Under the pieces are notes generated by a model that ran no database searches, was not told the DNA's origin, and saw nothing but the letters and a program-made list of their open reading frames with translations. 64,000 bases of DNA from Bugula neritina (Eukaryota; Animalia; Bryozoa): NCBI GenBank assembly GCA_964035545.1, contig OZ037769.1:12182633-12246632 (forward strand), read 5' to 3'. How positions within the stretch are numbered: the first letter of the stretch is position 1; every line of letters starts with the position of its first letter. Both the position numbers and the translations under genes were made by a program. Positions 35,574 through 49,286 of the stretch are shown here, one piece after another.

Positions 35574-36610
35574 ATAGACAAGTCATGAATCAGCAGAGGT
35601 GGCAGGAGATGTGGTGAAGGAGGGAAATTGTAATTTTTGTGAAAGAGAAGAAAATGGAACAGAAGATAAGCCTATTGAAAACGAAAACCCCAAGCGCGTG
35701 GAATAGCAGAAGTGGCAGGAGATGCGGTGGTGAATGAAGATCATAAATTTGAGGAAAGAGAAGAGAACGGAAAAGAAAAAGTTAGCCAAAAGAATGAAGT
35801 AGAACTTATTGATATAAAACCAAGAGAAAACGATAATGACAAAATTCTGAGTTAAGGTCAACTGAGAAGAAGGGACAGTGGAAGTAGCTGAAAGTGGTAA
35901 TGGGGGTTTTAATGGCAGTGATTGGTATTTCAATGACAAGCTTGTCCCAAAAGAAGAGATTGGAGTTGGAGTTGAGACCGAAGTTTCTGAGAAAAAAATA
36001 AAGCAAAGCTATAAGATGTGCCTGTAAAGAAAAGAGAAAGTGATAAGATCTGTATGAAGGGAGAAGTCAATTGATGAATTTAAAGAAGTCGAGGATGAAA
36101 ATAAAGTTTCAAACATTGAGAAAAGTAAACTGGTGAAAGAGGAAAATAAGCAAAATGGCAAAAGAATAATGCTGAAGGTAGAAATTGGTAATGAGATTGT
36201 GGAGAAAGAACTGATAGAGCAGAATAGAAAAACTGAGATGGTAGCAATTGGGAATGTAAATTTATAAGAAAGAACTTCAAGTAAATAAACCAGTAGAGAA
36301 CGCAGAAACTGAACAGGCAGAAGGCAGCAATAAAGCTTTGAAAGAAGTCAATAATTAAGTTGGAAAAAGCAAGGAAAGTGATGAAATAACAAAGTTAGCC
36401 AATGAAATTGGATTGGTAGAAGCTGGAGAAGAAATCAATACTTACGTCTAACGGATATAATAATGGTGAGGTAGGTAGTGTTCGAAATAAATACATAAAC
36501 TTATATCACTTTTATATAGCATCTGAAAATTAAATAGTATATTGTAGAAAGAGAGAAAGAGAAAGGAGAAAGAGTGGCAAGAGAAGATAATTCCAGAAAG
36601 AGCAGACTGA
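35574..36610 (+). pseudogene. Purine-rich, decayed Glu/Lys-rich coding-like segment
   Basis: Strong GAA/AAA/GAG bias; internal repeat (35590-35665 vs 35703-35775); splice-like borders; multiple stops. Confidence 0.3.
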
Positions 36611-37049
36611 GTAAGTTTCTACAAAGGATGTGCTGCTGTGCACCAGAGAGTTACTGATAAAATTTTTCTTTGTCTAAATATTGTGTGCTTTTCTATTTTT
36701 TGTTAGTATATAGAATAATAATCCTATAATATAGTGTTATACATACTGTATATTACAATCCTTTAAATAGTAAATGTTTTTATTGGTGCAAACACTTGAA
36801 AAGAATAATCATTCTCTTTATCTCCAATGGCGGATAAATGATAGTATGTCTCCCCTTATATATATGCTGCGTTATAGTGAAATAGATCATAATATTAATC
36901 TAAAACTTTATTGCAAAGCAGTGCATAGTATGTAAAAACATACAAATCAAATTTAATAGCTTAAATATTTAGCATAAAATATAGAAATTAAAAAGCTGCG
37001 TATTAGATAATATAAAATATCATGAAGTACCAGAAGTTATATATATGAA

Positions 37050-38073
37050 ATAAGGTGTTCCATCACACTTGATTAAGCTGATCCAGCAGTTCCATATCGC
37101 GATGGAAGCACATATATCAAGCAAAGGCCAGCTGTCACCACCATTTGCCGTCAATAAAGAAGTAAAACAAGGCCGTGTTCTTGCGCCTACATTATATAGC
37201 AAATACCTAGCAGCGGTACTTGACGAAGCATTCTCCGACACCACACAGGGTATCTATCTGCAAACCAGACCTGGAGCTAATCTATTCAACCTCGCTCTTT
37301 TCAAGTCTAAGAGTCGTACACGCTTCGTAAATTGATGTACGCGGATGACACAGCACTAATAGCACACAGCTTGGAGGATATGCAAGTGGTTACATCACGC
37401 TTTGCTAAAGCTGCCCATGACTTTGGATTGTGTATAAATATGCGTAAAACAGAGGTCATGTACCAACCATGTGCACATACAACTGAAAGATCTGGCAATA
37501 TCCAAATTGAGGACCAACCGCTTGAGAATGCAAGCAGGTTTACATATCTTGGCAGCACGATTACCCATGACGGAAGTCTAGAGCTTCAGTTGCATTTGGG
37601 CGACTAAGAGAAATACTCTGGAACAACAATGATGTGACAATCAGAGTAAAATGTCAAGTCTACAGAGCTATTGTTCTGACCACCTTACTTTACGGCTCTG
37701 AGACTTGGACGCTATACAAATCTCAAGTTAGAAAACTTAACAGTTTTATGATGAAGCAGTTGAGGTCCATCATGAATGTTAAATGATGGCACAAATCTCC
37801 AAAACTGAATTTCTGCAACGTGTAAAGTTAGCACCAATATATGACCAAGTAATAATTCGGAACCTTAAATGGGCGGGTCAAATTGGATGAACATGGATGA
37901 ACATCGACTACCCAAGCAGATGCTATTCTCCCAACTGGTGCCTGGCCATAGAAAACGAAGACGTCCTAAGTTAGGATATAAAGACACCATCAAAAGACAC
38001 CTCAATTAGAGAAGGGTATCGATGTCTAATCCAACGTTAGTCATAGTCGTTTTCGACTGACTGCTTAGTGAGT
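37050..38073 (+). mobile_element. 5'-truncated RTE-clade LINE (RT core to 3' end)
   Basis: VKQGRVLAPTL, MYADD, FTYLGS, LLYGSETWT, RLPKQMLFSQL and PKLGYKDTIK; ends at a (TA)n tract. Confidence 0.9.
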
Positions 38074-38080
38074 GATATAT

Positions 38081-38116
<36 letters not shown>

Positions 38117-38177
38117 CACGTATATATATATATATATGTATATATACGTATATATATATATATATATGTATATATAC

Positions 38178-38228
<51 letters not shown>

Positions 38229-38245
38229 CGTATATATATGTGTGT
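38074..38245. repeat. Interrupted (TA)n microsatellite
   Basis: Seen directly. Confidence 0.95.
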
Positions 38246-38251
38246 ATGTAT

Positions 38252-38430
38252 CCCAATTTGGTACAGCAGCTGTTTTAGGATTTGTCCCCTCATCAGCACA
38301 GAACAGAGTACCATGGCCCACACCTTCGCAATAGTAGAAACTTATAGTTTTACTAAAGCATATTTAAAAGGTGTGTAAAACCAAGCCAGAGAGCTCAAGT
38401 GACTCTAGGGGGTCACCTAGGAGTCACGAG
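38252..38430 (-). mobile_element. Hammerhead-bearing short repeat family, reverse-oriented copy
   Basis: Minus strand CTAGAGTCACTTGAGCTCTC...AAGGTGTG...TCTGTG-CTGATGA-GGGGAcaaaTCC-TAAAA-CAGCTGCTG-TA. Confidence 0.7.
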
Positions 38431-38504
38431 CCTTGCTAAATGCTAGCAGTTTGAGTTTGTGACCAGGGTTAAAGTGCTCAATTACTTAATGTCATTGCTG
38501 AGCA

Positions 38505-38546
<42 letters not shown>

Positions 38547-39362
38547 TCTATATAAATACCCTTATATTACTGAAATACTTTTACAAATGTAAAAGTATGC
38601 ATGCAGGTACAATTGGCTTGTATAAGGGACATTCTTGACATATTTTACATACAGTAGTTGAAATAGGATAATGTATCAGTCATATATGAAAGCTAGTAGT
38701 TTACAAAGTTATAGGTGGGCAAATTTTACAAAATGCTCTTGAATGATTTGTCTTAGATTTGTTTTCTTTTTCCTTTCTCTGAACTCACAAGCAACAAAGT
38801 CCATTGAAAGATGATTAATGATAAATTAAACACATATAAAATTGAGTTATATATTTGTTAAATTATATATTATATACCAATATTGCATAATCATATTATA
38901 ATTAATTTAATGGCAACCTTCTTTTAATTCGTGTATCCCTAGGAACCATAAACCAATTGAATAAATTAAACAACAAATAACTTAAAATGTAATGCTACAT
39001 ATGTAAGTTTAACAATGTTTAAACAAGTTTCAATCATACAACATATATATAAGATATAAAATGTGGCGACACTAGTAATTGCAAAAAGAAAATTATAAGT
39101 TTCGATTTTTCAAGCAGATCAGAGGGTTAATCAGAAGGGAGTTAGTAAATTTCAATTTGAAAATAAGATTAGCTCGTTACCAAAATCATATTAAATAGTC
39201 AGTTTTTTCTCATCGCCATCAGTAAAATGCAAAATAGAGTTTGGGGCAGTTGGGTACGAATATTATCAAATTATTTTACAAGGTGTAAAATATAAATATA
39301 TTAGCTCCAGAGATAATGCAAAACTATAAAATAGATAATAACCAACACCAACATACAGTAGC

Positions 39363-40716
39363 TTATAAGCCAGAATATTTAACACACAGAGCCCATATCT
39401 TCTCTTTGTGGTCTGAATTCAGCACCTCAGCAGCTTCTGGTGTAGGCTTGGAGCGATGATAGAATAGACCGCAGGTCTTGGTCTCTTCATCCACACACAT
39501 GGAGACGATTCTCTTCCTCCCTTCAGATACAGGGCTGGTCTTGACCAGAGCTCTCCCAACAAACGAATCCAGAATAGACATCATGATGGACCTTTGAAAT
39601 AAGACCAGCCAAAACTCATATGTATGCAGATAATAACTTCATATTACAACTACCTTTCACAAGGTGAGTGCAATCAATGAAACTCCTTAATAAAATGCAG
39701 ATTACAGTTGCCAAATTGAAATTCATGCCGGTTTCACAATTTATTTCTTCCTAGTATGGGGCTATACCATGCCATAAGTGATTTGGCAAATTTCAAAATT
39801 GAAAATGGATATCGAAATCCATTCAAATTCATTCAGAAACTTATCATCCAAAGACTTCTACTAAATTTCTAAACTCTAGTGTTGTATACTAGTTGAGAAC
39901 TTGTTATTTATACCCAGTTTTAATAATATAAACGACAACGAATTGGCCTGAAGACTAACTATTATACTTCGAAATAGTTTTTTATTTTAGTTTAGCCAAT
40001 TATTAATTAATATTTACTAACCCAAAGCGTGAAGTGACACTGTCCCTAGCTAAGCTGGTACTAGGAATGAAGCCTGGACAGAGGGTATTGATGATCACAT
40101 TGGACCCCTCAAGTTGCTTCGCCATCTCGTTACTCCAAAGGTTTAGGGCCAACTTGGAGTTTCTGTAGGATTGCAGTCCACTCACATAATGACCTTCTTC
40201 TGTTAACATCAGGTCATCAATGTAAAATGGCCGCTTGCTGTTATCTTGTTTAAACATAACAGTAATAGACGATGAAACATTTACTATTCTTGATGGTGAT
40301 TCTTTAGTTCCAGTGGCTTTGAGCTCATCCAGTAGAAGGTTGGTTAGCAAAAAGGGGCCCATACAATTGACTGTCATGGTAACCTCATAGCTCGGATCAT
40401 TTCTAGCCATTTGACGGTCAGCGGATGAATATTTCATGAAAAGGCCAGCGTTATTCACGAGAATATCTAACTTTTTTCCGGTTGATTTAAATTTTTCAAC
40501 AAAATCTCGAACAGACTGCGGATCGGAGAGCTCCACAGTCAGGTACATGACACTAGCATCTGGCACTTCAGCCTTTATAGCTGCCACAGTCGCCTCCCCT
40601 TTCGAATCATCACGAGTTGTGACAACTACATCGTGCCCTAACTCACACAGACCTTTGGCTGCTTCAAGGCCAATACCACAATTAGCTCCAGTTATTATTA
40701 TTACTTTTTTCTCCAT
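39363..40716 (-). CDS. Short-chain dehydrogenase/reductase (RDH12/13/14-DHRS-like) copy 1, 307 aa; exons 40716-40022, 39591-39363
   Basis: TGANCGIG cofactor motif; LVNNAG; RIVNVSS; catalytic YRNSK; CPGFI. Phase-2 GT-AG intron. The ATG sits just after an acceptor (TTTTTCAG|AAATG), implying an upstream UTR exon. Confidence 0.93.
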
Positions 40717-42854
40717 TTCTGAAAAATAAAATATGAAAATGGTAAGATAGAACTCTCACATAATTTTACAAAACAGTGTTCTTTTTCTAGCTAAAAAGGC
40801 TAGAATTTGGGTGATTAAAAAATTCAATTGAAGTGTGAGAAAAATTTAGACCAGAAAATTTTGACTAAAAGCAAATAGCAATAACATATGAGAATAAAAT
40901 TAATTGCCAGGCCATAATCATGCTAACACAACTCCAAACATGCAAAATTTTCAGCACAATTCAATTAATGTTAAACCAGTACATAAGACTACTGATACAG
41001 TATTTTGCAAACCTCCAAAACTGCCCAATAAATGTTAGCCTACTGAGCAGAGTATAGACTATAGATATGACATTCTGCAAGTCATGCAACCATGTGACTC
41101 TGACACAGTATTACCCATGATGCAATAGCGCAGTCACTTATTGGGACATAAGATTGACATGTTAGTTAGTACACATTGCGCTTTTGTCTTACACAACGTG
41201 ATGATTGCCAAGGATTTAAGCGATATTATCTAAACTAGACAAAAAAGTTGATACTTAATATAAAAAATGAACTAGATGTAAGTTATTAAGTATGAAAATA
41301 ACAAGTGCAATATACGATACAAAAAATCAATAAACTACGTGGAAAACATCATTACTACCAAGATTCAGAGTCTGACAGAATTTTTCAGTATAAAAAGAGA
41401 AATTTATATGCAGTAAACATGCTAGTTTTTACATAGAGCTGGTTCTAGCAGATATAAATAGATGCAACGTGTCTTTAAAAAAGACCAGAAAGTATATTGG
41501 TATTGCAGCATAATAAAATTTTATACAGGTTTTTAATTTTAGCTGTAAGTTAGAAATTCCTTATGAAATAACTAAATGAAATACATACTAATTTACACTG
41601 CAAACTTTAATTATACAGCAATAATATTGATTATTATGCCCAAAGCTTAGGTCAATAATGGCATCTACTAGCATATAAAATAGTTGCAGTACTAATAATA
41701 TAAGCAACTCTGTCAGCCTGCTATCAAGTCACCATTACTCACTACCAGTGTTCAAGAAATATAACCAAGATATTAATAAAAGTTGTTGTTCTATTGCTGC
41801 ATAACTGTTTAGACTCTAGACTGATAGTGCTTTCCATTAAACCTACACCATAAAATGTAGAACCAAAAGTGGGTTTTTATCAAAGTTTTGAGGGTACATG
41901 TGCCATGTTTTTTAACAATATTTTACCAAAGCAGATTTTAATTTTTATTACAATCAAATATAAGTAAAACAACAAAACTGCAGTCATCTTGAGATTTCAA
42001 TAAAATATCAAATTGACCAGTTTCATACTAATGGCCATTCAATTTCTAAAATATTTTTTTAATGAAAACCATATTTTTTTAATATGTGAGTGAACTTAAA
42101 TTAGCTGTTTTTAATCTGTTTATAAATTAAATTAAACAAAAATTTGCAGCTATTCACCATTATCTCTTACTGAAAAGAAACTTTACCATCAAAATTTGCT
42201 GTATAACTAATTCAACAACTCTTCCAATTTCTGTGTAGGGAAAATTTTTAGATTGCATATTATTTTTCAGATACTGGCGGTCTTTAGTAGTAAAAAAGTC
42301 AAGTGTATCCCCTAATAGCAAGTTTCTTCAAAACAATTTGTATACATAAAACAAAAATAATCTGTTGGTTGATTATGACAGCTGCTTCTATGTCTAGTAT
42401 ACAAAAAGATGGCAGTGATAAAAAATGACTGATGGTAGAAGTGCCAAATAGTAATCAATTACACCAACTCTATCAACTCCGACTATAGTTTCACTAAACT
42501 ATATTCTAAATATTTACAAAAAATATTACATAAATGATGCTAAACTGTTTATTAAGATCAATTTTTAACTTTATCACGTTATTATAAATACGTATATTCA
42601 AGGGCAGATAGAATAAATAAAACATTTACTACGGGTTTATCAACTCCATATGCTTTTAAGCACAGGATGCCCATATGAAGACATTAATTTATTGTTAGGT
42701 ATGCTGTGAAGATATATAAAATATACAAAATACATAACAATATCAATTGCCGAGTGTCTCACTGACCAATAGATACATCTATAATGATCATCAAAACTCT
42801 CAACACATATATTATGATTATATTACTCCAACTATATATTCGTAAATGAATGAA

Positions 42855-44570
42855 GGTGGTGGTGGTGAATGGATTATGGAGACACTTAATGAGCTACCTG
42901 GATCCATTCACCAAGGGCTGTGAGGTGACAACTCTGAAGGGAGTCAGTGACTAGCCAAGACTTTATACCTACCTCCCCGCGATCACCACCGGTAACAGGA
43001 CTTCATCCAGGCTAAAGGTATAAATATCCAAGGGATGATAACCTCGACTACAAACCCAGACATGTGACAATCTGTTAGGGCATGATGAACACATTACACC
43101 GTAGCCAGTCGCTGCAACTGATGCACTGCTCTGTTCATCTTGAAACAACCTTGCCAGCTCAGCATAGTGCATCAGTGAAGAGGGCTTCATTATCAACTGG
43201 CAAAACATAGTGCTGCTTGACAAACTATTGCCAGCAAAACCCTGTAAATTCATGAACTCTAACAAGAAAAAATACACATACTGACAGGACGGCGCCCAGG
43301 ATAAAAAAAGGTCCAGAAGTACATGGATCTAAAATTTGCGACATAGTACATACGAACCATGCTAGATCGAAAAACAGGAAGAGACCATAACGTAAGAGTG
43401 CAATAGTAGCAAGTCAGTTAGAAATGCATAACATTGATATAGCTGTTCTGAGTGAAGTGGGGTTCTCGGATGCCAGTTCTATGAGAGAAGCAGGATACAC
43501 GATTTTCTGGAGCAGCAAACCAGATGATGAGGTCTGGGAGCATGGTGTAGCAATTGCATTGAAAATGGTTTGATATCAAAACTGTCAGAAGATCTAAAAC
43601 CAGTGAATGAAAGGATGATAAAACTCCAGTTATTACTGACCCAAAATAGACACTGTACTGTAATATCAGTATATGCACCCACTATGACCAACAGTGTAGA
43701 CAATATCAATCAGTTTCATGCTCGGCTCAATGAAACACTTGGTAAAATCTAAAACTCCGACAAAATTATGTTGCTTGGTGACTTTAACGCTCGTATCGGC
43801 AGTGACTGTAACACCTGGGGAGACGTCATTTGGCAGTTCGAAACAGGCAAGTCCAATTCCAAAGATGGACTTCTTCTTGACACATGTATTAAACACCAGA
43901 TAGTCATCACAAATACATTTTCAAACACAAAGACGCGCATAAGCACTTTTGGATGCATGCAAGATCAACGTATTGGCATCTGATAGATTTCATCATTACT
44001 CGGCAACTTGATTTGAATGACTTTCTGGATACCTATGCAGTAAGAGCAGCAAATTGTAGCACCGACGGTATTATTATCAGATCAACAACCAGGATGAAGA
44101 TGCATAAGCTGTTTAAGAAGAAAGGTAAAAAGCTGGTTAGAAAGCTTGAAATCTCTAAACTGAAAAATGTCAAAATCTGCAATGAGTTAGAGACAAATCT
44201 CAACAAACAACTTACTCAGAAAGATAAAACAGTAAAAGATATATGGTCATCATTCAGATATACTGTGTAGTGTACATCATCGGAGGTACTCGGCTGTGTC
44301 ACCAAAAGAACTGACAATTGGTTTGACGAAATCAGCAATGAGATCAAGTTGCTAATTGACTATCCAAAGAAACCATATACTCCAAGCTCTGTGAGGGATC
44401 ATGTGGAATTGGCACACCAAAGCTCAGATTTAAGAACACTGTTGAGCAAAACCTCAAGGCTAAGAAGATCTCAATAGGCCGTTGGCATATGCAAAGCAAG
44501 CAGGAGGCAGTTGGAGATCAATGATACACAGGAAACAGTCGTTGTAACTGACAGACAGCTAATCAATCAA
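42855..44570 (+). mobile_element. Internally deleted RTE-clade LINE (5'UTR, AP endonuclease, 3' end)
   Basis: APE motifs IDIAVLSE, HGVAI, ISVYAPT, LLGDFNARIG and WHLIDFII; C-terminal PKLRFKNTVEQNLK; 3' motif AGTCGTT...ACTGAC shared with ~38046; RT core missing. Confidence 0.88.
42861..43024 (+). ncRNA. HDV-like ribozyme at the RTE 5' end
   Basis: P1 GGTGGTG/CACCACC; P2 TTTATACCT/AGGTATAAA; P3 ACC/GAT (1 mismatch); L3 TCCCCGC; P1.1 CC/GG; short P4 GGA/TCC; J4/2 GGCTAA with candidate catalytic C43012. Confidence 0.8.
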
Positions 44571-47511
44571 TACAATACAGTTACAGTAAAAATAGATTTA
44601 TGTATTACTATGACTATGGGTATGCTGCTCATAGCCATAGCGTTACAAATAGTATAGGACTAAGTATTAGTATCTCTATTAGTATAAGTATTAGCCAAAA
44701 TGACTATTATATTTATGGGTATTATAACATAATTAATTTGTATATAATAAAATATATTAATACAATTACTTTTATCTAGGTTAAGATAAAGATATGACCA
44801 TATTAATATTGACTTTACACTATTAGTAATAGTATTACTATAACTCATACTATAAGTATAATGTATATTGTATTGCTAAATATTATTATTAATATTATTA
44901 TAGCTATAACCATAATCATAGTGATAATTGATAATTCTAAACTCATAACACAAACTTAAATTTAAATCCAATTCCTAATTTCAGATTCGTTATGATATTG
45001 ATAGATTTGAAGTGAGATCTATAAATAAATTTCAAGTTAGCCACTTCTAATTTCTACTAAAGCTTAATAATTATGATGAAAATAAAAGTCTATAATTTGA
45101 AGATCATAATAATAATCATAATGATAATCAGTATAATCATTTAACTCTATTTGTAATTTAATTTTCATAACAATTGTAGTAACATATATTGAAATGGGCT
45201 TTACAGTTTTTAACCCAATCATGAGTGATGATGATGATCATCATCATCATGATCATTAACATTAATAAGCTTCACTTATTCTTAAGTAAAAATTAAATGC
45301 TCCCAACCTTAAATTTATGTATAAATTAAAATTTACGACAATTATGAAATTAAATAATATTTATCATTTATTTATTTTATTCGTCTACTTAGTCATCACA
45401 AACTGATCATTTGAAATTGAATTATGATAAGTATCAGTATGAGTATGGCTATACTCATAGTCATACTGATACTCAACTTATCGATGATAAATCATGAATC
45501 AACCTTCATATGAATACGAATATAAATACCATCTTGGTTTATTCATGATTTGATCAATGATTCAATCAATATAAATATTATCAAATTCAATCGAAAGTGA
45601 AAGTAAAGCCTAAGGCTAAAGGTTAAATCAGAGTCAAAGTGAGAAACTCAAACTGAAAATCAAAAATTAAAATTGAATGAATCGGAATAAATTAGAGATA
45701 AAATTCATTGAAATTTAATTAAAGTACTAAACTATAAAGTATAAAACCAATACGCTTTCAAAACATAACGACACTTGATCATATTATAATAAATATAACA
45801 ATAGCTATAAGCATAAAATAAAACGGTTAGAAGATAATTAATATATTATTCTTTAGCTATCGTCGCAGTAGGCGTAACCATGATTGCCCAGCCTCTCAGA
45901 ACCACCCAATGATTGAAATAGAACTGAGGAGTTGAACTTCGACTCCTTCAACTGTTGAAGTCTTGCATGACAGACTCAGTACAAATGAAAGGAAAAACAA
46001 CTTCACAAAAATGTAAGTATGTTACTACAGTCTATTGACCTTAGGACCGACCTAGTATAACTTAATGCGCTGTTGTCGCCACTCTAAATAAATCAAAATT
46101 AGATTCCAGTGTGATTTATTACAAGTGGCGACAATAACGTAATGTCCGCCATTTTGCGACTCGTCGAAGGAGACATGGCTCGTATTACTATAATTGTGTT
46201 TACAGCGAATATTTTTTCTCAACAAATTCACTCAGTTTTTGCACTTTTGTTACATGTTTCCACAAAAAATTTATGATGATAACTATGAATAAATTATTCA
46301 TTTAAACAAATTATATCTAATTATTAACAGAAACCTGATTTAATTGCAGTTTAAACTTGTGAGTACTTTTATTCTGCACATGTATCTTATTGGCACTTAA
46401 CATGGTTGGGATTTATGAGCTTTAGTCATAGTAAGCTTTTTATACGTTTTAGTTTGATGAACTAGTGTAAAAACATTTACAAGTTTTAATGGAGACAAAA
46501 ACTTATTTAAAGCATTGAATAAATTATTTGATGATTGTATGATTAAAAAGGTTTGAACTTGGTTTTGATTGTGTGTGTGCGAGCGTGTGTAATATAGGGA
46601 TATTTATCAAGAATGTAATATTATATATATGATATTATATTCTATATAAATACCCCTATATTGCATAAAAAGTTTTACAAATGTAAAAGTATGCATGCAG
46701 GTACAATTGGCTTGTATAAAGGACATTCTTGACATATTTTACATACAGTAGTTGAAATAGGATAATGTATTAGTCATATATGAAAGCTAGTGGTTTACAA
46801 AGTTATAGGTGGGCAAATTTTACGAGATTTTCTTGAATTATTTGTCTTAGATTTGCTTTCTTTGTTCCTTTCTCTGAACTCACAAGCAACAAAGTCTATT
46901 GAAAGATGATTAATGATAAATTAAACATATAAAATTGAGTTATATATTTGTTAAATTATATATTATATACCAACATTGCATAATCATATTATATTTAATC
47001 CAATGGCAACATTCTTCGAATTTATGTATTTCTGTGAATCATAAATCAATTGAATAAATTAAACAACAAATAACTTAAAAAATACTACATATGGAAGTTC
47101 AACAACACTATGTATCAAACAAGGTTCAATAGTACAGCATATCAAAGAGATATCAAATGCAGCACCATTTGTAATTACACAAAAAAATAAATTCCAAGTT
47201 CTGAGTTTTCAAGCAGATCAGAGGGTGAATCAGAAAGGAGTTAGTAAATTTCAATTTACAAACAAGTTTAGCTCGTTACCAGAATCATAGTCAGTTCTTA
47301 TCTTATTGCCTTCAGCAAGTGTAAAATGGAGTCTGGGGCAGTTGAGTACAAATAGTCCAAAACAGTCTTACAAGGTGAACGAATACATCAACTGTTTGTG
47401 TAAAATAATTCACACAGCATATAAATATAGTAACTCACATAACATATAAATATATGAGCTCCACAGATAATGTAAAACTATAGAATAGGTAATAACTAAC
47501 ACCAAAATAGC

Positions 47512-48848
47512 TTATAAGCCAGAATATTTAACACACAAAGCCCATATCTTCTCTTTGTGGTCTGAATTCAGCACCTCAGCAGCTTCTGGTGTAGGCTTGG
47601 AGTGATGATAGAATAGACCGCAGGTCTTGGTCTCTTCATCTACACACATAGAGATGATTCTCCTCCTCCCTTCAGATACAGGGCTGGACTTGACGAAGAG
47701 TCTTCCGATAAACGAATCCAGAATAGACATCATGATGGACCTTTGAAATACGACCAGCCAAAACTCACAAGCAGATATCAACTTCATATTCTTCCTGGTA
47801 CAGAACTCTAGTGAGATGATTGCAATTAATGAAACTTTTTAATAAAAATGGGATTAAAGTTGCCAATTTGAGATTATTGTGCAATTTCATAATGCTTTAC
47901 CATGTCACAAGTAATTTGGCTAATTTCAAAATAAAAAAAGGATGTTGGATTTTATTCAAATTGATTCATGAACTATCATTCAAAGACTTCTACTACATTC
48001 CTAAACCCTAGTGTTGTATACTAGTTGATAATTTGCTAATTAATAATATCATATAAACAACAACGAATTTGTCTGAAAATCAACAATTCTATTCTGAAAC
48101 AGTCCTTTCATTTTTGTTTCGGGTAATTTAATTATTAATTCATACTTTCTAACCCAAAAAGTGAAGTGACATTGTCCCGAGCCAAATTAGTGCTAGGAAT
48201 AAAGCCTGGACAGACGGTATTGATGATCACGTGGGACCCCTCGAGTTGTTTCGCCATTTCGTTACTCCAAAGGTTTAGGGCCAACTTGGAGTTTCTGTAG
48301 GATTGCATTCCACTCACATAATGACCTTGTCCTGTTAACATCAGGTCATCAATGTAAAATGGCGGTTTGCTGCTATCCTGTTTGACCATAATAGTAAGGG
48401 CTGATGAAACATTTACTATTCTTGATGGTGATTCTTTAGTTCCAGTGGCTTTGAGCTCATCCAGTAGAAGGTTGGTTAGCAGAAAGGGGCCCATACAATT
48501 GACTGTCATGGTAACCTCATAGCTCGGATCATTTCTAGTCGTGTGACGGTCAGCGGATGAATATTTCATGAAAAGGCCAGCGTTATTCACGAGAATATCT
48601 AACTTTTTTCCGGTTGATTTAAATTTTTCAACAAAATCTCGAATAGACTGTGAATCGGAGAGCTCCACAGTAAGGTACATGACGTTGGCATCTGGCACTT
48701 CAGCCTTTATAGCTGTCACAGTCGCCTCCCCTTTCGAATCATCACGAGTTGTAACAACTACATCGTGTCCTAACTCACACAGACCTTTGGCTGCTTCAAG
48801 GCCAATACCACAATTAGCTCCAGTTATTATTATTATTTTTTTCTCCAT
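47512..48848 (-). CDS. Short-chain dehydrogenase/reductase (RDH12/13/14-DHRS-like) copy 2, 307 aa; exons 48848-48154, 47740-47512
   Basis: Same motifs and exon lengths (695/229) as copy 1; open frame. Confidence 0.93.
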
Positions 48849-48864
48849 TTCTAAAAAATAAAAT

Positions 48865-49286
48865 GGGTCATCTTACTTATTTTAGTACACACTGAAAATA
48901 TCTAGTTTTTAGCTATTTTTCACAAATTAGCTGCTAATGAACAAGGGCTTTGGCTCAAAACTAATAAAATATGAATTAATACAGCTAAATAATCAAGGTT
49001 CTTCTTAATTTTGCTTGATTTCCCATGTTTTTCTCCAATTATTCATCTATTTTTGATTGCACAGTGTTATGGAAAAACCCGAACTCTCCGAAAGCAAAAA
49101 GTAGCTGAATAATTAAAATAAAACATGGGAAATCAAGCAAAATTAAGAAGAACCTTGATTATTTAGGTGTATTAATTCATATTTTACTAGTTTTGAGCCA
49201 AAACCCATGTTCATTAGCAGCTAAATTGTAAAAAATAGCTAAAAACTGGAGATTTCCAGTGTGTACTAAATTAATTAAAATTACCC
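48865..49286. mobile_element. Foldback/MITE element, 422 bp, with ~165-bp TIRs
   Basis: GGG...CCC termini; long imperfect inverted arms; AAAT direct repeat at 48861-48864 and 49287-49290; absent in the paralogous unit. Confidence 0.9.

Noticed and set aside
40436-40729. 97-aa plus-strand ORF conserved at 48568-48861
   Set aside because: Antisense shadow of the duplicated SDR exon; its conservation is explained by the sense gene.
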